Position numbers and translations under genes: made by a program. From Candidatus Bathyarchaeota archaeon (GTDB lineage Archaea > Thermoproteota > Bathyarchaeia > 40CM-2-53-6), in contig CAVTBR010000003.1 of NCBI GenBank assembly GCA_963733055.1, positions 384,001 to 448,000 of the forward strand: a DNA stretch of 64,000 bases. Direction: 5' to 3'. Below, piece after piece: positions 29,020 to 38,406 of the stretch (position 1 is its first letter; each line of letters opens with the position of its first letter). The notes beneath the pieces are model-generated. The model saw nothing but the letters and a program-made list of their open reading frames with translations, was not told the DNA's origin and did no database searches.

Positions 29020-29185
29020 GGTTCGCGGTTTAGAGCTTTAACCCTCATTTGCGCGGTGTACAATCAGGTCCGACTTTCTTAGGTAACCGAAACAGAGTTC
29101 AAGTCATTTTCAGTACACCATACGATCACGTTATCAACGGTTGCGTCCATTTTGTTGTAATACAGGACACGTTCGCTTAGTGAAT

Positions 29186-29683
29186 ATGCAGCTAAGACTA
29201 GCGATCTGCCTCCTGATTGCAGTCTCATTAACGACGTTACCATCAAGCATCTATACACAAACCTCCAAGCCAGCAACATCAATCATCTCACTCAATTATT
29301 ACTCAAAGGCCGCTGTGGGGTCTATGACAACGATAAGTTTCGATGCACTCTACTCCACGAAGCAAAAGGCGTGGCTGATGACCGCCATAGGTTGCAACCC
29401 AAATGAGCCGAATTGCAGCTCGGTCTCAATGAATGGCGCGGATTCTTCACCATTTCAATGTAATCAAACTAATCCGTTCAGTGAACAGCCTCCTTTCATC
29501 TCAGGGACGTGCTACCTTACTGTTTCGGGAAGCGGGGCTGATTTCTTTAGCTACAATCTTTCATTCAATAAAACCGGTACGTACGACCTAACGGCAACGG
29601 CGCAGCTCAATTATCCTGGAAATTCAACTAGTATTCCTAGCTCTCAGAGTGTCAGCCATACAATGACAATTACAGTGACCTGA
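29186..29683 (+). CDS. Secreted hypothetical protein (beta-rich, Cys pairs)
   Basis: Signal-peptide-like MQLRLAICLLIAVSL; S/T/N-rich. Confidence 0.65.
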   Translation: MQLRLAICLLIAVSLTTLPSSIYTQTSKPATSIISLNYYSKAAVGSMTTISFDALYSTKQKAWLMTAIGCNPNEPNCSSVSMNGADSSPFQCNQTNPFSEQPPFISGTCYLTVSGSGADFFSYNLSFNKTGTYDLTATAQLNYPGNSTSIPSSQSVSHTMTITVT

Positions 29684-29840
29684 CTTTAAAATCACTTACG
29701 CGCAGTCATATTACCAATTACCCTCTCGGTAGCGATTTAGTCTCTTTAGTCCCCGTATTTCCATGAAGGATGTTCTGGAACGCCAGTGGTCAGTCGTGAC
29801 AGCAGTCTTTTATAACCTAAATCAGGAGTGAAAGTTCTCC

Positions 29841-30266
29841 ATGACACTTGTCGGACCTGATTTTGCAAGTCAAGCTGGATCAAGTCCGCCAGCAACCGTT
29901 CACGATACTCTGGACACATTAGACCCTTCGATTACACGAGCGGCACAAGCTCCTAGGAGTACAAATGAGGACCTTAGATTCGCTCTCGAAAGAGCCGTTC
30001 ACGACCTACTTGGACCTAGCGCTCTGCCGAATCTGTACGAACATCTTAGGGATCGTTACGACATGATTCCTGAAAAAGTCCCTTATCGACTCGTTACCCT
30101 GTTTGACGTTTTTGCGAACAAGTTCGGTACGGCTGCAGCTCGAACCATCGCGAAGGCAGTAGCCAGGCAGCTATACAGCTCACTTGATTTGTTCTTCAGT
30201 GATGCTGATCGATATGAACTTCAGAACTATTTGGAACAAGCCAAGAATGCAGTAGTCCGCAAATAG
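29841..30266 (+). CDS. DUF3227-like small helical protein
   Basis: ALERAVHDLLG...LYEHL...FG..AARTIAKAVARQLY...LQNYL; same pattern as 6828-7283. Confidence 0.65.
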   Translation: MTLVGPDFASQAGSSPPATVHDTLDTLDPSITRAAQAPRSTNEDLRFALERAVHDLLGPSALPNLYEHLRDRYDMIPEKVPYRLVTLFDVFANKFGTAAARTIAKAVARQLYSSLDLFFSDADRYELQNYLEQAKNAVVRK

Positions 30267-30472
30267 AATACACCCTGAGACGACCGCTTACGCCATGTTT
30301 TCGGCATCTAACCTAGTTTCGGTTTGCTCGAAAACGTCATTTGAAGTCGAAGTTACTCAGGTCGTGTGCCTAAGACTAAGAAGTTTAAGGTAGCCCGTCA
30401 ATCAGTTTCACCCTGCTCTCCTATTTTTATCGCTTTAGACAACAAACACCATAAAATGGGAGCATCATAATC

Positions 30473-31723
30473 ATGCCGACGGTAGGGGCTGTCGTTCAAT
30501 TGTCTTCCGACATCGTTAAAGAGACTTTAGAGAGGCCAACAGTTTTCAAGGACGAAACACCCCTTTCGTTGGAGTTCATACCCCGCAACCTTCCTCACCG
30601 CGACGATCAGATGCGGTTCCTAACACAACTCTTCCGTTTTTCCCTCGACAGCCCATTCTCCACAAGCCAACGAGTTCTGATCACGGGCGATGTGGGAACT
30701 GGGAAGACGGTTTTAGCCCAACGCTTCGGCACAGACCTAGTTAAGGCTGCGAGGGCGAGAAAGGTCAATCTCCATTATGTTCACGTCAACTGCCGCGAAG
30801 CGAAAGGCAGCCTCTTCATGATCATCAAACGAGTTCTAACGCAGTTCGAGCCAGAGTTTCCGAAACGCGGCTTCGCACCCGAAGAACTTCTTCACACCCT
30901 AATGGACATGCTTGACGACAAAAACATACACCTCATACTTGCTCTAGACGAGGTTGAACACCTGATCAGGGTGGAAGAGTCAACTCCCATCTACAACCTA
31001 ACTCGTATCCAAGAGGAACGAGTTGGAAAGCCCCCTCGCCTTTCACTCATTTTCATTCTCCGCGAACTCGAATACCTACAAAAACTGGACAGAAGCACTA
31101 TCGATACCTTGCAAAGAAACATCGTCAAACTCGACAAATACAATTCCCGCCAACTAATCGATATACTCCAAGCCCGCATCAGTTTAGCTTTCAAAGAGAA
31201 CACGGTAGCCGACGAAGCCCTCGAACTTGTCGCCGATGTAGGAGGGCAGAGTGGCGACGCTCGATATGCCATAGAACTTCTCTGGCGGGCAGGAAAGTAT
31301 GCGGATTCAGAACCTTCGAAGCGAGTTCTCACCGAACATGTTCGCAAGGCTGCCGGAAGCGTTTACCCCATGCTACGCGGCGAATACATTGCCGCACTAT
31401 CCTCACACGAAAAATTCATGCTACTAGCCTTAGCAAGGACACTTGAGGAGTCGGAAGAAGCCTACGCCAACATCGGAACCGTTGAACGCGAATACAAAGC
31501 CGTCTGCGAGGAATACAGCGACAAACCCAGAAAACACACCCAAATCTGGAAATACGCACGCGGTTTAAGCGCCATAGGCGTCATAGCCGCTTCAAAATCA
31601 GGCGAAGGCGTCCGCGGCAAAACAACCCTACTCGGTCTACAGAACATACCCGCCTCCAAAATGCGTGAACAATTAGAGGCCGCACTGGCGGCCACGAGCA
31701 AAAAGCGGCCCCAACGAAAGTAA
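30473..31723 (+). CDS. cdc6: ORC1/Cdc6 replication initiator
   Basis: VFKDE..LSLEFIP..LPHR, GDVGTGKT, VNC, LALDE, GDARYAIELL, C-terminal wHTH RGKTT. Confidence 0.95.
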   Translation: MPTVGAVVQLSSDIVKETLERPTVFKDETPLSLEFIPRNLPHRDDQMRFLTQLFRFSLDSPFSTSQRVLITGDVGTGKTVLAQRFGTDLVKAARARKVNLHYVHVNCREAKGSLFMIIKRVLTQFEPEFPKRGFAPEELLHTLMDMLDDKNIHLILALDEVEHLIRVEESTPIYNLTRIQEERVGKPPRLSLIFILRELEYLQKLDRSTIDTLQRNIVKLDKYNSRQLIDILQARISLAFKENTVADEALELVADVGGQSGDARYAIELLWRAGKYADSEPSKRVLTEHVRKAAGSVYPMLRGEYIAALSSHEKFMLLALARTLEESEEAYANIGTVEREYKAVCEEYSDKPRKHTQIWKYARGLSAIGVIAASKSGEGVRGKTTLLGLQNIPASKMREQLEAALAATSKKRPQRK

Positions 31724-31810
31724 CCACCAACTAATCTACTTACGCGGCCGATCAGTTGCGGCGCAACAGATAACTTCCCTCAGGGCCTATTTCCTGTGAG
31801 GAATGCTGTG

Positions 31811-32251
31811 ATGGAACGGTTCTCGATGGTAGACATCTCGCAGAAGGAGATCATTTCGAGGGAAGCGACAGCCGTTGGCGAAATCAGGTTGAAACCGAGT
31901 ACGATTAAGCGGATTAGGTCGCGGGGAATAGCGAAGGGCGATGCGGTGGCGGCGGCGGAAATCGCGGCGATTATGGCCGCTAAGGATACTCCTCACATGC
32001 TACCCTTCTGCCACTCGATACCGATAACGACCGTCCGCACGAAGCATTCGTTCCAGGGAAATACTTTGCGAGTTGAATCCTACGTCAAAGGCTTGGCAAG
32101 GACGGGGGTAGAGATGGAGGCGCTTATCGCTGCTTCAACCTACCTGCTCACTATATGGGACATGGTAAAGCAGTACGAGAAGGACTCGAAAGGGCAATAC
32201 CCGGACACCATGATATCCAACCTACGGGTAACTAAGAAAATTAAGCGATGA
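31811..32251 (+). CDS. moaC: Cyclic pyranopterin monophosphate synthase
   Basis: MVDISQK, KGD, PFCH, TGVEMEAL, IWDMVK. Confidence 0.95.
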   Translation: MERFSMVDISQKEIISREATAVGEIRLKPSTIKRIRSRGIAKGDAVAAAEIAAIMAAKDTPHMLPFCHSIPITTVRTKHSFQGNTLRVESYVKGLARTGVEMEALIAASTYLLTIWDMVKQYEKDSKGQYPDTMISNLRVTKKIKR

Positions 32252-32787
32252 GAATGAGCCAAACCTCAAAACTACACAAGAAATCATCGCCAGAGACAGC
32301 CACCGTTTACGTTATCACCTGTAGCACGTCGAAATTCATGCAGCTGAAAGCGGACCAGAAACCCGACGACGAGTCCGGCGACATCATTGAACAACTCGCA
32401 GCCAGCGCCGGCCACAAAATTGCAGGACGCCAACTAATTTCAGATTCGAAACCTATGATTCGAAAAGCTACAAAGGGTGCGCTTTCGAACCGAGACGTCG
32501 ACGCAGTGATCATTACCGGAGGCACTGGCCTGTCGTCTACAGATGTTACGTTCGAGGCCATTTCTCCCCTGTTGGATCGGGAGATTCCAGGATTTGGTGA
32601 GTTGTTCAGAAAGATAAGTTACGACGAGATAGGCTCCGCGGCCATGATGAGTCGGGCGTTCGCGGGCACAATAAAGTGGGCGGCCATATTCTGCTTACCC
32701 GGATCACCGAATGCGGTGAGGACGGCTATGGAGAAACTGATTCTCCCCGAATTAGGCCACCTGGTTGGTTTAGCCCGAGGGCCCTAA
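32248..32787 (+). CDS. moaB: Molybdopterin adenylyltransferase MoaB/Mog
   Basis: DESG, TGGTGLSSTDVT, IPGFGELFR, SRA, LPGSPNAV. Confidence 0.93.
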   Translation: MRMSQTSKLHKKSSPETATVYVITCSTSKFMQLKADQKPDDESGDIIEQLAASAGHKIAGRQLISDSKPMIRKATKGALSNRDVDAVIITGGTGLSSTDVTFEAISPLLDREIPGFGELFRKISYDEIGSAAMMSRAFAGTIKWAAIFCLPGSPNAVRTAMEKLILPELGHLVGLARGP

Positions 32788-34559
32788 GTCTTCTTGCGAC
32801 TCTTCGTTTTCTTCACTCCTTTGGTTGCTGCCTTTGGAGCCTTCGAGGCCGGGGCATTCTTGGCTACATACTTCTCGTAACCCTTTGGATCACCGACCGT
32901 TTCCTCACATAGACAGTACTTCAAAGATGTGACCGTGTGGGTCGGGCAGCTTTCTACGAACTCGCACTTATCGCACACAACCTGCAGACCATCAACGAAG
33001 CATTCTTGGATGGCACCTGCTTCACCGCGAGCCGCAACTTCTTCAGATCGTGCAAACTTAACGGACCGAGACAGGATTCCAGCTAGCCTTTCCTCGATAG
33101 CGTCTAAATTGTCAAGGCGCCGAACTACGAAGCAGCCGCCGGTTCGATCGTAGCCGATTCCCGCCCTCATGAGTTGGATGAATTTGTCCTTACCCATGTA
33201 TGGCAGTTTGAAACCGGTTGGGTCAAGAAGTTCCTGGGGGCCGGTAACTGCGGGTTGAACCTTCGACTCGGAGACTAGGAAGTCGATGTCGCGTTCCTCT
33301 AGCTCCAGCTGAAGGGCGACTTCTCTGCCCTGAGCCTCGTTGATCCGAAAGAGTTCCACTACGAACGGAACTATTTCCAGCAGTGCCTTGCGTTTCGAGA
33401 GGTGGCATGCTCGGGCCAACCGACTGCAGAGATGGTCTAGCGCCCAAAGTCGATATTGAAATCGATCAACAACTTTTCTTGAAACTCGGGGTGCTACTTG
33501 TAACGCGTGAACAGCGTCCTCGTCAGGGTTCTGGAAACCGACCGAAGCCAACTCGTTTAAAGCGACAGGTAGAAGGCTCCATTCTGGTACTCGGTCGCGG
33601 CGTGGAAGGTTGAATGGAGGCGGCATCATACCTCGCGATCTGCCGGCGCCGACTTTCCCGTAGCCCATGTCTGCTCTGGAAAGGGCGTCGTACGCCTTGG
33701 CCAGCTTATCTGGCGACGTATAGATGTAGGGAAGGATGTCGTGGATTAGCAGGAGAAGCTCGTCACGGTAGAGGGGAATCTCAGTCTCGTTAAGGACACG
33801 CCGAGCCGCGCCTAGTCCTTTCCCAGCGAACATTCCGCGAACCGTATTCTTCTCATTAAGTTCCCTAGTTCGGGTCGAACGCAGAGTCGCGATGCCGCTT
33901 GTTGACATTGTCTGCGCATCGTTAATCGCCGACCGCATGTCCCCGTAACTCTCACCAGCCAGTTTCTTCACAACTTTCGGCTGCAGTGACCGCCCTTCCT
34001 CGGCGAGTATGTGGTTGAGTAATGAGACGAGGAGACGCGGTCTGATCTCGTACATGGGGAGGACGATGCATGCTTTCCTGAGGTCGTCGAATTTTTCGTT
34101 GTCAAGGTCGTTGGCGGTGAGTACGATTGGTAGAGGCGCGCCTTTGATCGCGGTTAGGACTGCTCCTAATCCGCCTCGATCCTCACGGCCAAAAACTCCA
34201 TCCACTTCATCCAGAAGTATTAGGTTCCCTCGGCTGCCGGTCGAGAAGACATCGAGGGTCATGGAGCTACTTGCAGGGGCCAGCACTTTCTTGATCGTCT
34301 TTTCGGTTCTAACGTCACTTGCATTCATTTCCACCACTCTGAAGCCATAGTCACTGGCCGCCACTCTTGCGAGAGTAGTTTTTCCTACGCCTGGCGGTCC
34401 AACCAGGAGGCAGGCTTTGCTTGGTTTCTTCTTCAGTGTCCACTGCTTTAACCAGACTTTGAATTTCTCAACAGAGTCCTCATTTCCGAGGAGCATGGAA
34501 GTGGTTTGAGGGCGGTATTTCTCCGTCCAAGCCACGTTCTGTTGTGCCTGAGCCTGCAC
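32784..34559 (-). CDS. rfcL: Replication factor C large subunit with Cys-rich C-terminal extra domain
   Basis: WTEKYRP, GPPGVGKTT, EMNASDVR, LLDEVDG, GDMRSAIND. Confidence 0.9.
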   Translation of the reverse strand: MQAQAQQNVAWTEKYRPQTTSMLLGNEDSVEKFKVWLKQWTLKKKPSKACLLVGPPGVGKTTLARVAASDYGFRVVEMNASDVRTEKTIKKVLAPASSSMTLDVFSTGSRGNLILLDEVDGVFGREDRGGLGAVLTAIKGAPLPIVLTANDLDNEKFDDLRKACIVLPMYEIRPRLLVSLLNHILAEEGRSLQPKVVKKLAGESYGDMRSAINDAQTMSTSGIATLRSTRTRELNEKNTVRGMFAGKGLGAARRVLNETEIPLYRDELLLLIHDILPYIYTSPDKLAKAYDALSRADMGYGKVGAGRSRGMMPPPFNLPRRDRVPEWSLLPVALNELASVGFQNPDEDAVHALQVAPRVSRKVVDRFQYRLWALDHLCSRLARACHLSKRKALLEIVPFVVELFRINEAQGREVALQLELEERDIDFLVSESKVQPAVTGPQELLDPTGFKLPYMGKDKFIQLMRAGIGYDRTGGCFVVRRLDNLDAIEERLAGILSRSVKFARSEEVAARGEAGAIQECFVDGLQVVCDKCEFVESCPTHTVTSLKYCLCEETVGDPKGYEKYVAKNAPASKAPKAATKGVKKTKSRKKT

Positions 34560-34560
34560 G

Positions 34561-35541
34561 TTACTTTCTTCCGAGTTCTACGACTTGAGCAAGCATAGCG
34601 CTCAGTTGGATATCCTCGTTCGCTCCCTGCGTTAACCTGAAATCGCACTCCCCTAGAGCACGGACAATCTCCACTTGCTTTTCTCCCGTTACTTCGGGAA
34701 TCCGATTAATTTCTCGATTTGCCCCGCGAATAATCTCCCTCCCGCTCACACCAAACTTACCCATCAACTCATACATGATGTCCCTCGCTTTGATGAAATC
34801 GCCCTTAATCGCCAGGATTAGCATGTTGCGTAAGAGGCCGCTCTGTGCCTCCGGCTGAAACTTTTCCAAAGCCGCAAGATCTAATCGTCCGTCCTTCGAG
34901 CTGCTCGCAACGACTTGTAGATAGTTCACGGCCCGTCTAAGGTCTCCTTCTGAGAGCTCCAAAATTCTCCTTAGAACCTTCGGGTCCGCCTCTACTTTTT
35001 CAGACTTGCAGATTTTATCAAGGTAACTTGTGGCGTCAGTCTCCTCTAGTTGTCTGAACCTGAAGACGGAGCATCTGCTCTGGATGGGTTCGATTATTCC
35101 GCTTTGGTAGTTGCAGATTAATATGAAGCGGCACGTTCTGGACGCGGTCTCCATTATCCTCCTAAGAGCCGTCTGTGCGTCCTTGGTCATTTCGTCGGAT
35201 TCGTCAAGGATCACGAGCCCAAATTGGACGCCGGAAGCCGTAGTTTGGATGATCTGCGAGAAACCTTTGATGCGCTCCCGCACCACGCCGATACCGCGTT
35301 CATCGGACGCGTTCAGTTCCAATACAAGCCTCCTGAAGTTGTCCCCCATCAACTGCCGTGCGATGCACAGTGCGACACTGCTCTTTCCCGTTCCCGGAGG
35401 GCCAGCGAAGAGTAGGTGAGGCATTGTTGATGGTGATTTTAGAAGCGACCTTAATCCTTCGACCGTCTCCTTTTGATTCACTACGTCATCAAGTGTTCGC
35501 GGCCGATATTTCTCGATCCACATGAGCCCCGTTTCATTCAA
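34561..35541 (-). CDS. rfcS: Replication factor C small subunit
   Basis: WIEKYRP, GPPGTGKS, ELNASDERG, AQTALRR, PIQSRC, GDLRRAVN. Confidence 0.96.
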   Translation of the reverse strand: MNETGLMWIEKYRPRTLDDVVNQKETVEGLRSLLKSPSTMPHLLFAGPPGTGKSSVALCIARQLMGDNFRRLVLELNASDERGIGVVRERIKGFSQIIQTTASGVQFGLVILDESDEMTKDAQTALRRIMETASRTCRFILICNYQSGIIEPIQSRCSVFRFRQLEETDATSYLDKICKSEKVEADPKVLRRILELSEGDLRRAVNYLQVVASSSKDGRLDLAALEKFQPEAQSGLLRNMLILAIKGDFIKARDIMYELMGKFGVSGREIIRGANREINRIPEVTGEKQVEIVRALGECDFRLTQGANEDIQLSAMLAQVVELGRK

Positions 35542-35785
35542 GATTCAGATTCACCGTATGAATTTCCTTTGGAGTTCCTGTGCGACCAAGTTCGTTTGCG
35601 TCATTCAAAAGCCTTGGCCCCACCGAAACGTGAGTAAAATAATCGCAGCGAAAACCATGAACAGTTTCAGTGGCCTCTGTTGCTTTGTTTCTCACTGCAG
35701 TGGCAATTTGTAGTAACCTATTCAAATTTGCTCGTTCGAACGGCTTAAATTCGGAAACACGAAGTGAGAAGTTGGTGGTTTATTC

Positions 35786-36349
35786 TTGGCAGAAGCGTTG
35801 ATGTCGGTAGAGGATATTGACTTCGATTTCGAAAATTCGCAAACCAGAATTGTACTAACCCGCGAAATACCGGAAATGTCACCAAAGCTAAGCAGAATTC
35901 TGTCGTCCAAAATGGGACAGGAAGTCGAGGTCCCGTATTGGACAGCCAGAGAACTTGTTCAATTAGGATACGCAAGGTTCCGCGAAGAAGACGTCCTCAA
36001 TTACAACACACTCTCCAAGATCCACTGGCGGGAAACAATCCCAGCGTCGAGACAGCTGCCGGCGCTTCAACCAAACTTCTACTGCCTACTCCGACGCCAC
36101 GTAACCGAACTGAAAGAAGTAAGCAAGCAGGACCAAGTCAAACTACGTGAACTAGAGAGAACGGAAAGCCTCGTCCGAGACATTGTCAACTGTAGAATCC
36201 GCAAGATAGTTTCACTCGCGGCATCCCCAACGCCCTCCGAAGAAGTCATACAAGGACTAACCTACGAAGAACGAATCCTATACCTGATTCTCAACAAGAC
36301 CGTCGTGGACTGGAAGACTAAACTTCTCGGGAGCGCGCTGAAATCGTGA
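35786..36349 (+). CDS. GINS complex subunit (Gins23 type)
   Basis: EVEVPYWTARELV B-domain, LQPNFY, RIRKIV, LTYEER; overlaps the mcm start. Confidence 0.85.
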   Translation: MAEALMSVEDIDFDFENSQTRIVLTREIPEMSPKLSRILSSKMGQEVEVPYWTARELVQLGYARFREEDVLNYNTLSKIHWRETIPASRQLPALQPNFYCLLRRHVTELKEVSKQDQVKLRELERTESLVRDIVNCRIRKIVSLAASPTPSEEVIQGLTYEERILYLILNKTVVDWKTKLLGSALKS

Positions 36350-38389
36350 CCACGTCTCAAAACCCTGAGGAGCGCTTCCAAGACTTCCTCAGATCCTTCC
36401 TCGCAGAGGACGAATACAAATACAGAAAACGACTCGGTCACGTTGCTCTATCTGGATCAGCGCTCTCTCGTCGTCGATTTCGAAGACCTGATCGCATACG
36501 ATCCGGAACTTGCACGATCTATTCTCGACAAACCCGACGAGTACATGGAGTATCTGGATCGTAGCGGTTGGGCTCAGCTCAAGATCGAAGATCCTGAGTA
36601 CGCTGAAATCATAAAGAAACTCCGCATCAGGTGCAGGAAGCTCCCCGAGAAACACTCCCTCCGCTTAATCGGGTCTGAGAACATTGGACGATTGCTGTGC
36701 ATCGACGGCATTATTGTCAGATCGACTTCTGTCAAACCATTACTCCTGAAGGCTGCATTCCAGTGCCGCAAATGCAATGCAATGACCTACGTCGAGCAGG
36801 CGGGCGTACTCATGCGCGGCCCAGGCGTCTGTGCCCACTGTCGATCTTGAGTCTTTGAATTCCTTGAGAAACAATCGACTTTCATGAACTCTCAGGAAAT
36901 CCGAATACAAGAGAGACCGGAGGACCTACCTCCCGGCCAATTGCCGAGGGCAATGGACATCAAACTAGCTGAGGACATGGTAGACATTGCAAGGCCGGGC
37001 GACAGAGTATCGATCACTGGCGTAGCAAGGGCTCAGCAGGAGTACGTAGGTCGTAAGGCAAGGCTGCGGACCTTCGACCTTCAACTTGACGCAAACTATG
37101 TGGACATTATGGGGAAGGAGGTTGAGGTTGTCGAGATAACGCCGGAAGATGAACGCCACATCCGGGAACTAGCGAAAGACCCCTTCATCCACCGAAAACT
37201 CATCGCCTCGCTCGCGCCATCAATCTACGGTTACGGAGACATCAAAGAAGCCGTCCTCTACCTATTGTTCGGCGGCGTCCCCAAACGACTACCCGACGGA
37301 GTCAGCATCAGGAGTGAAATAAACGTCCTTCTCGTGGGAGACCCAGGAGTCGCCAAAAGCCAATTACTCCAATACGTTTCCCGCATCGCTCCCCGAGGGC
37401 TCTATACTAGCGGACGAGGAACGACGGCAGCGGGCCTCACCGCAGCCGTCGTACGCGAAAAATCTGGCGGCATGGTACTAGAAGCCGGAGCCCTCGTACT
37501 CGCGGACAAAGGCATCGCATGCATCGACGAAATGGACAAAATGCGACCGGAAGACAGAGTCGCGATACATGAAGCTCTGGAACAACACACCGTAAGCGTA
37601 GCAAAGGGTGGGATCGTAGCTACGTTGAATGCTCGGGCAGCGGTCCTAGCGGCGGCCAACCCGGCTTTGGGAAGATACGATCCGTACAGGAACATAAACG
37701 ACAACATCAACCTCCCCGTAACCCTACTGTCACGTTTTGACCTTCTCTTCATCATGAAGGACGTTCCCGAGGCGGACTCTGATAGTCGCATGTCGGAGCA
37801 TATACTAACACTTCACAGATTGAAAACGACCCCCGAAGAACCGCCACTACTTCCCGAAATGCTGCGCAAATACATAGCCTACGCAAAACGCATCGAACCC
37901 GTCTTAACCGACGATTCAGTGAACGCTATCCGACAGTATTACCTGAAAATGCGCTCCCTATCCGGATCCAGCGAATCCCCAATCGTCATAACTCCCAGGC
38001 AACTGGAAGGATTGGTGAGACTTGCTGAAGCCAGGGCGAAGAGCTTCCTACGCAACCGCGTCGAAGCCGAAGATGCACAGGCCATAATTCGCTTGATGAC
38101 TCTATCCCTCCAAGACGTAGGCATCGACAGCACCACCGGAAAGATCGACATCGACGTAATCATGACAGGCAAACCAAAGAGCTTACGAGACAAGATGCAA
38201 GTCGTCCTAAGCACCTTCGCCGACTTAGAGAAACAGCTTGGAATCGTAGAAGACTCAACCCTCTACCAAGCGCTCTCACGCAAAGTCGACCTTACAGACG
38301 ATGAAGCAAGAAGACTCATTGACCAACTAGTGAAGGAAGGAATTCTTTATTCACCAAAACCTGGTCACTTGAAGCGAACAGCAGCCTAA
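36346..38389 (+). CDS. mcm: MCM replicative helicase (extra base at about 36457, in-frame TGA at 36848-36850)
   Basis: Three ORF pieces join into about 680 aa: SLVVDFEDL, CRKC..CAHC zinc finger, IQERPE, GDPGVAKSQ, IDEMDKM, LSRFD, ITPRQLE. Confidence 0.93.
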
Positions 38390-38406
38390 GCTAGAAGCTC
38401 AGAGAC

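Noticed and set aside
29751-31802. Replication origin (ORB boxes) near cdc6
   Set aside because: Only TATTTCC-N4-AGGA at 29756 and 31788, one with a G-string. Spacing differs from canonical ORB, and there is no clustered repeat set or clear AT-rich unwinding element
736-38389. Genome-wide stop-codon recoding (TAG as Pyl, TGA as Sec or Trp)
   Set aside because: Many conserved genes end correctly at TAG (nnrD, phzF, mgtA) or TGA (polX, moaC). The MCM TGA is not at a Cys ligand position, and co-occurring indels point to sequence errors
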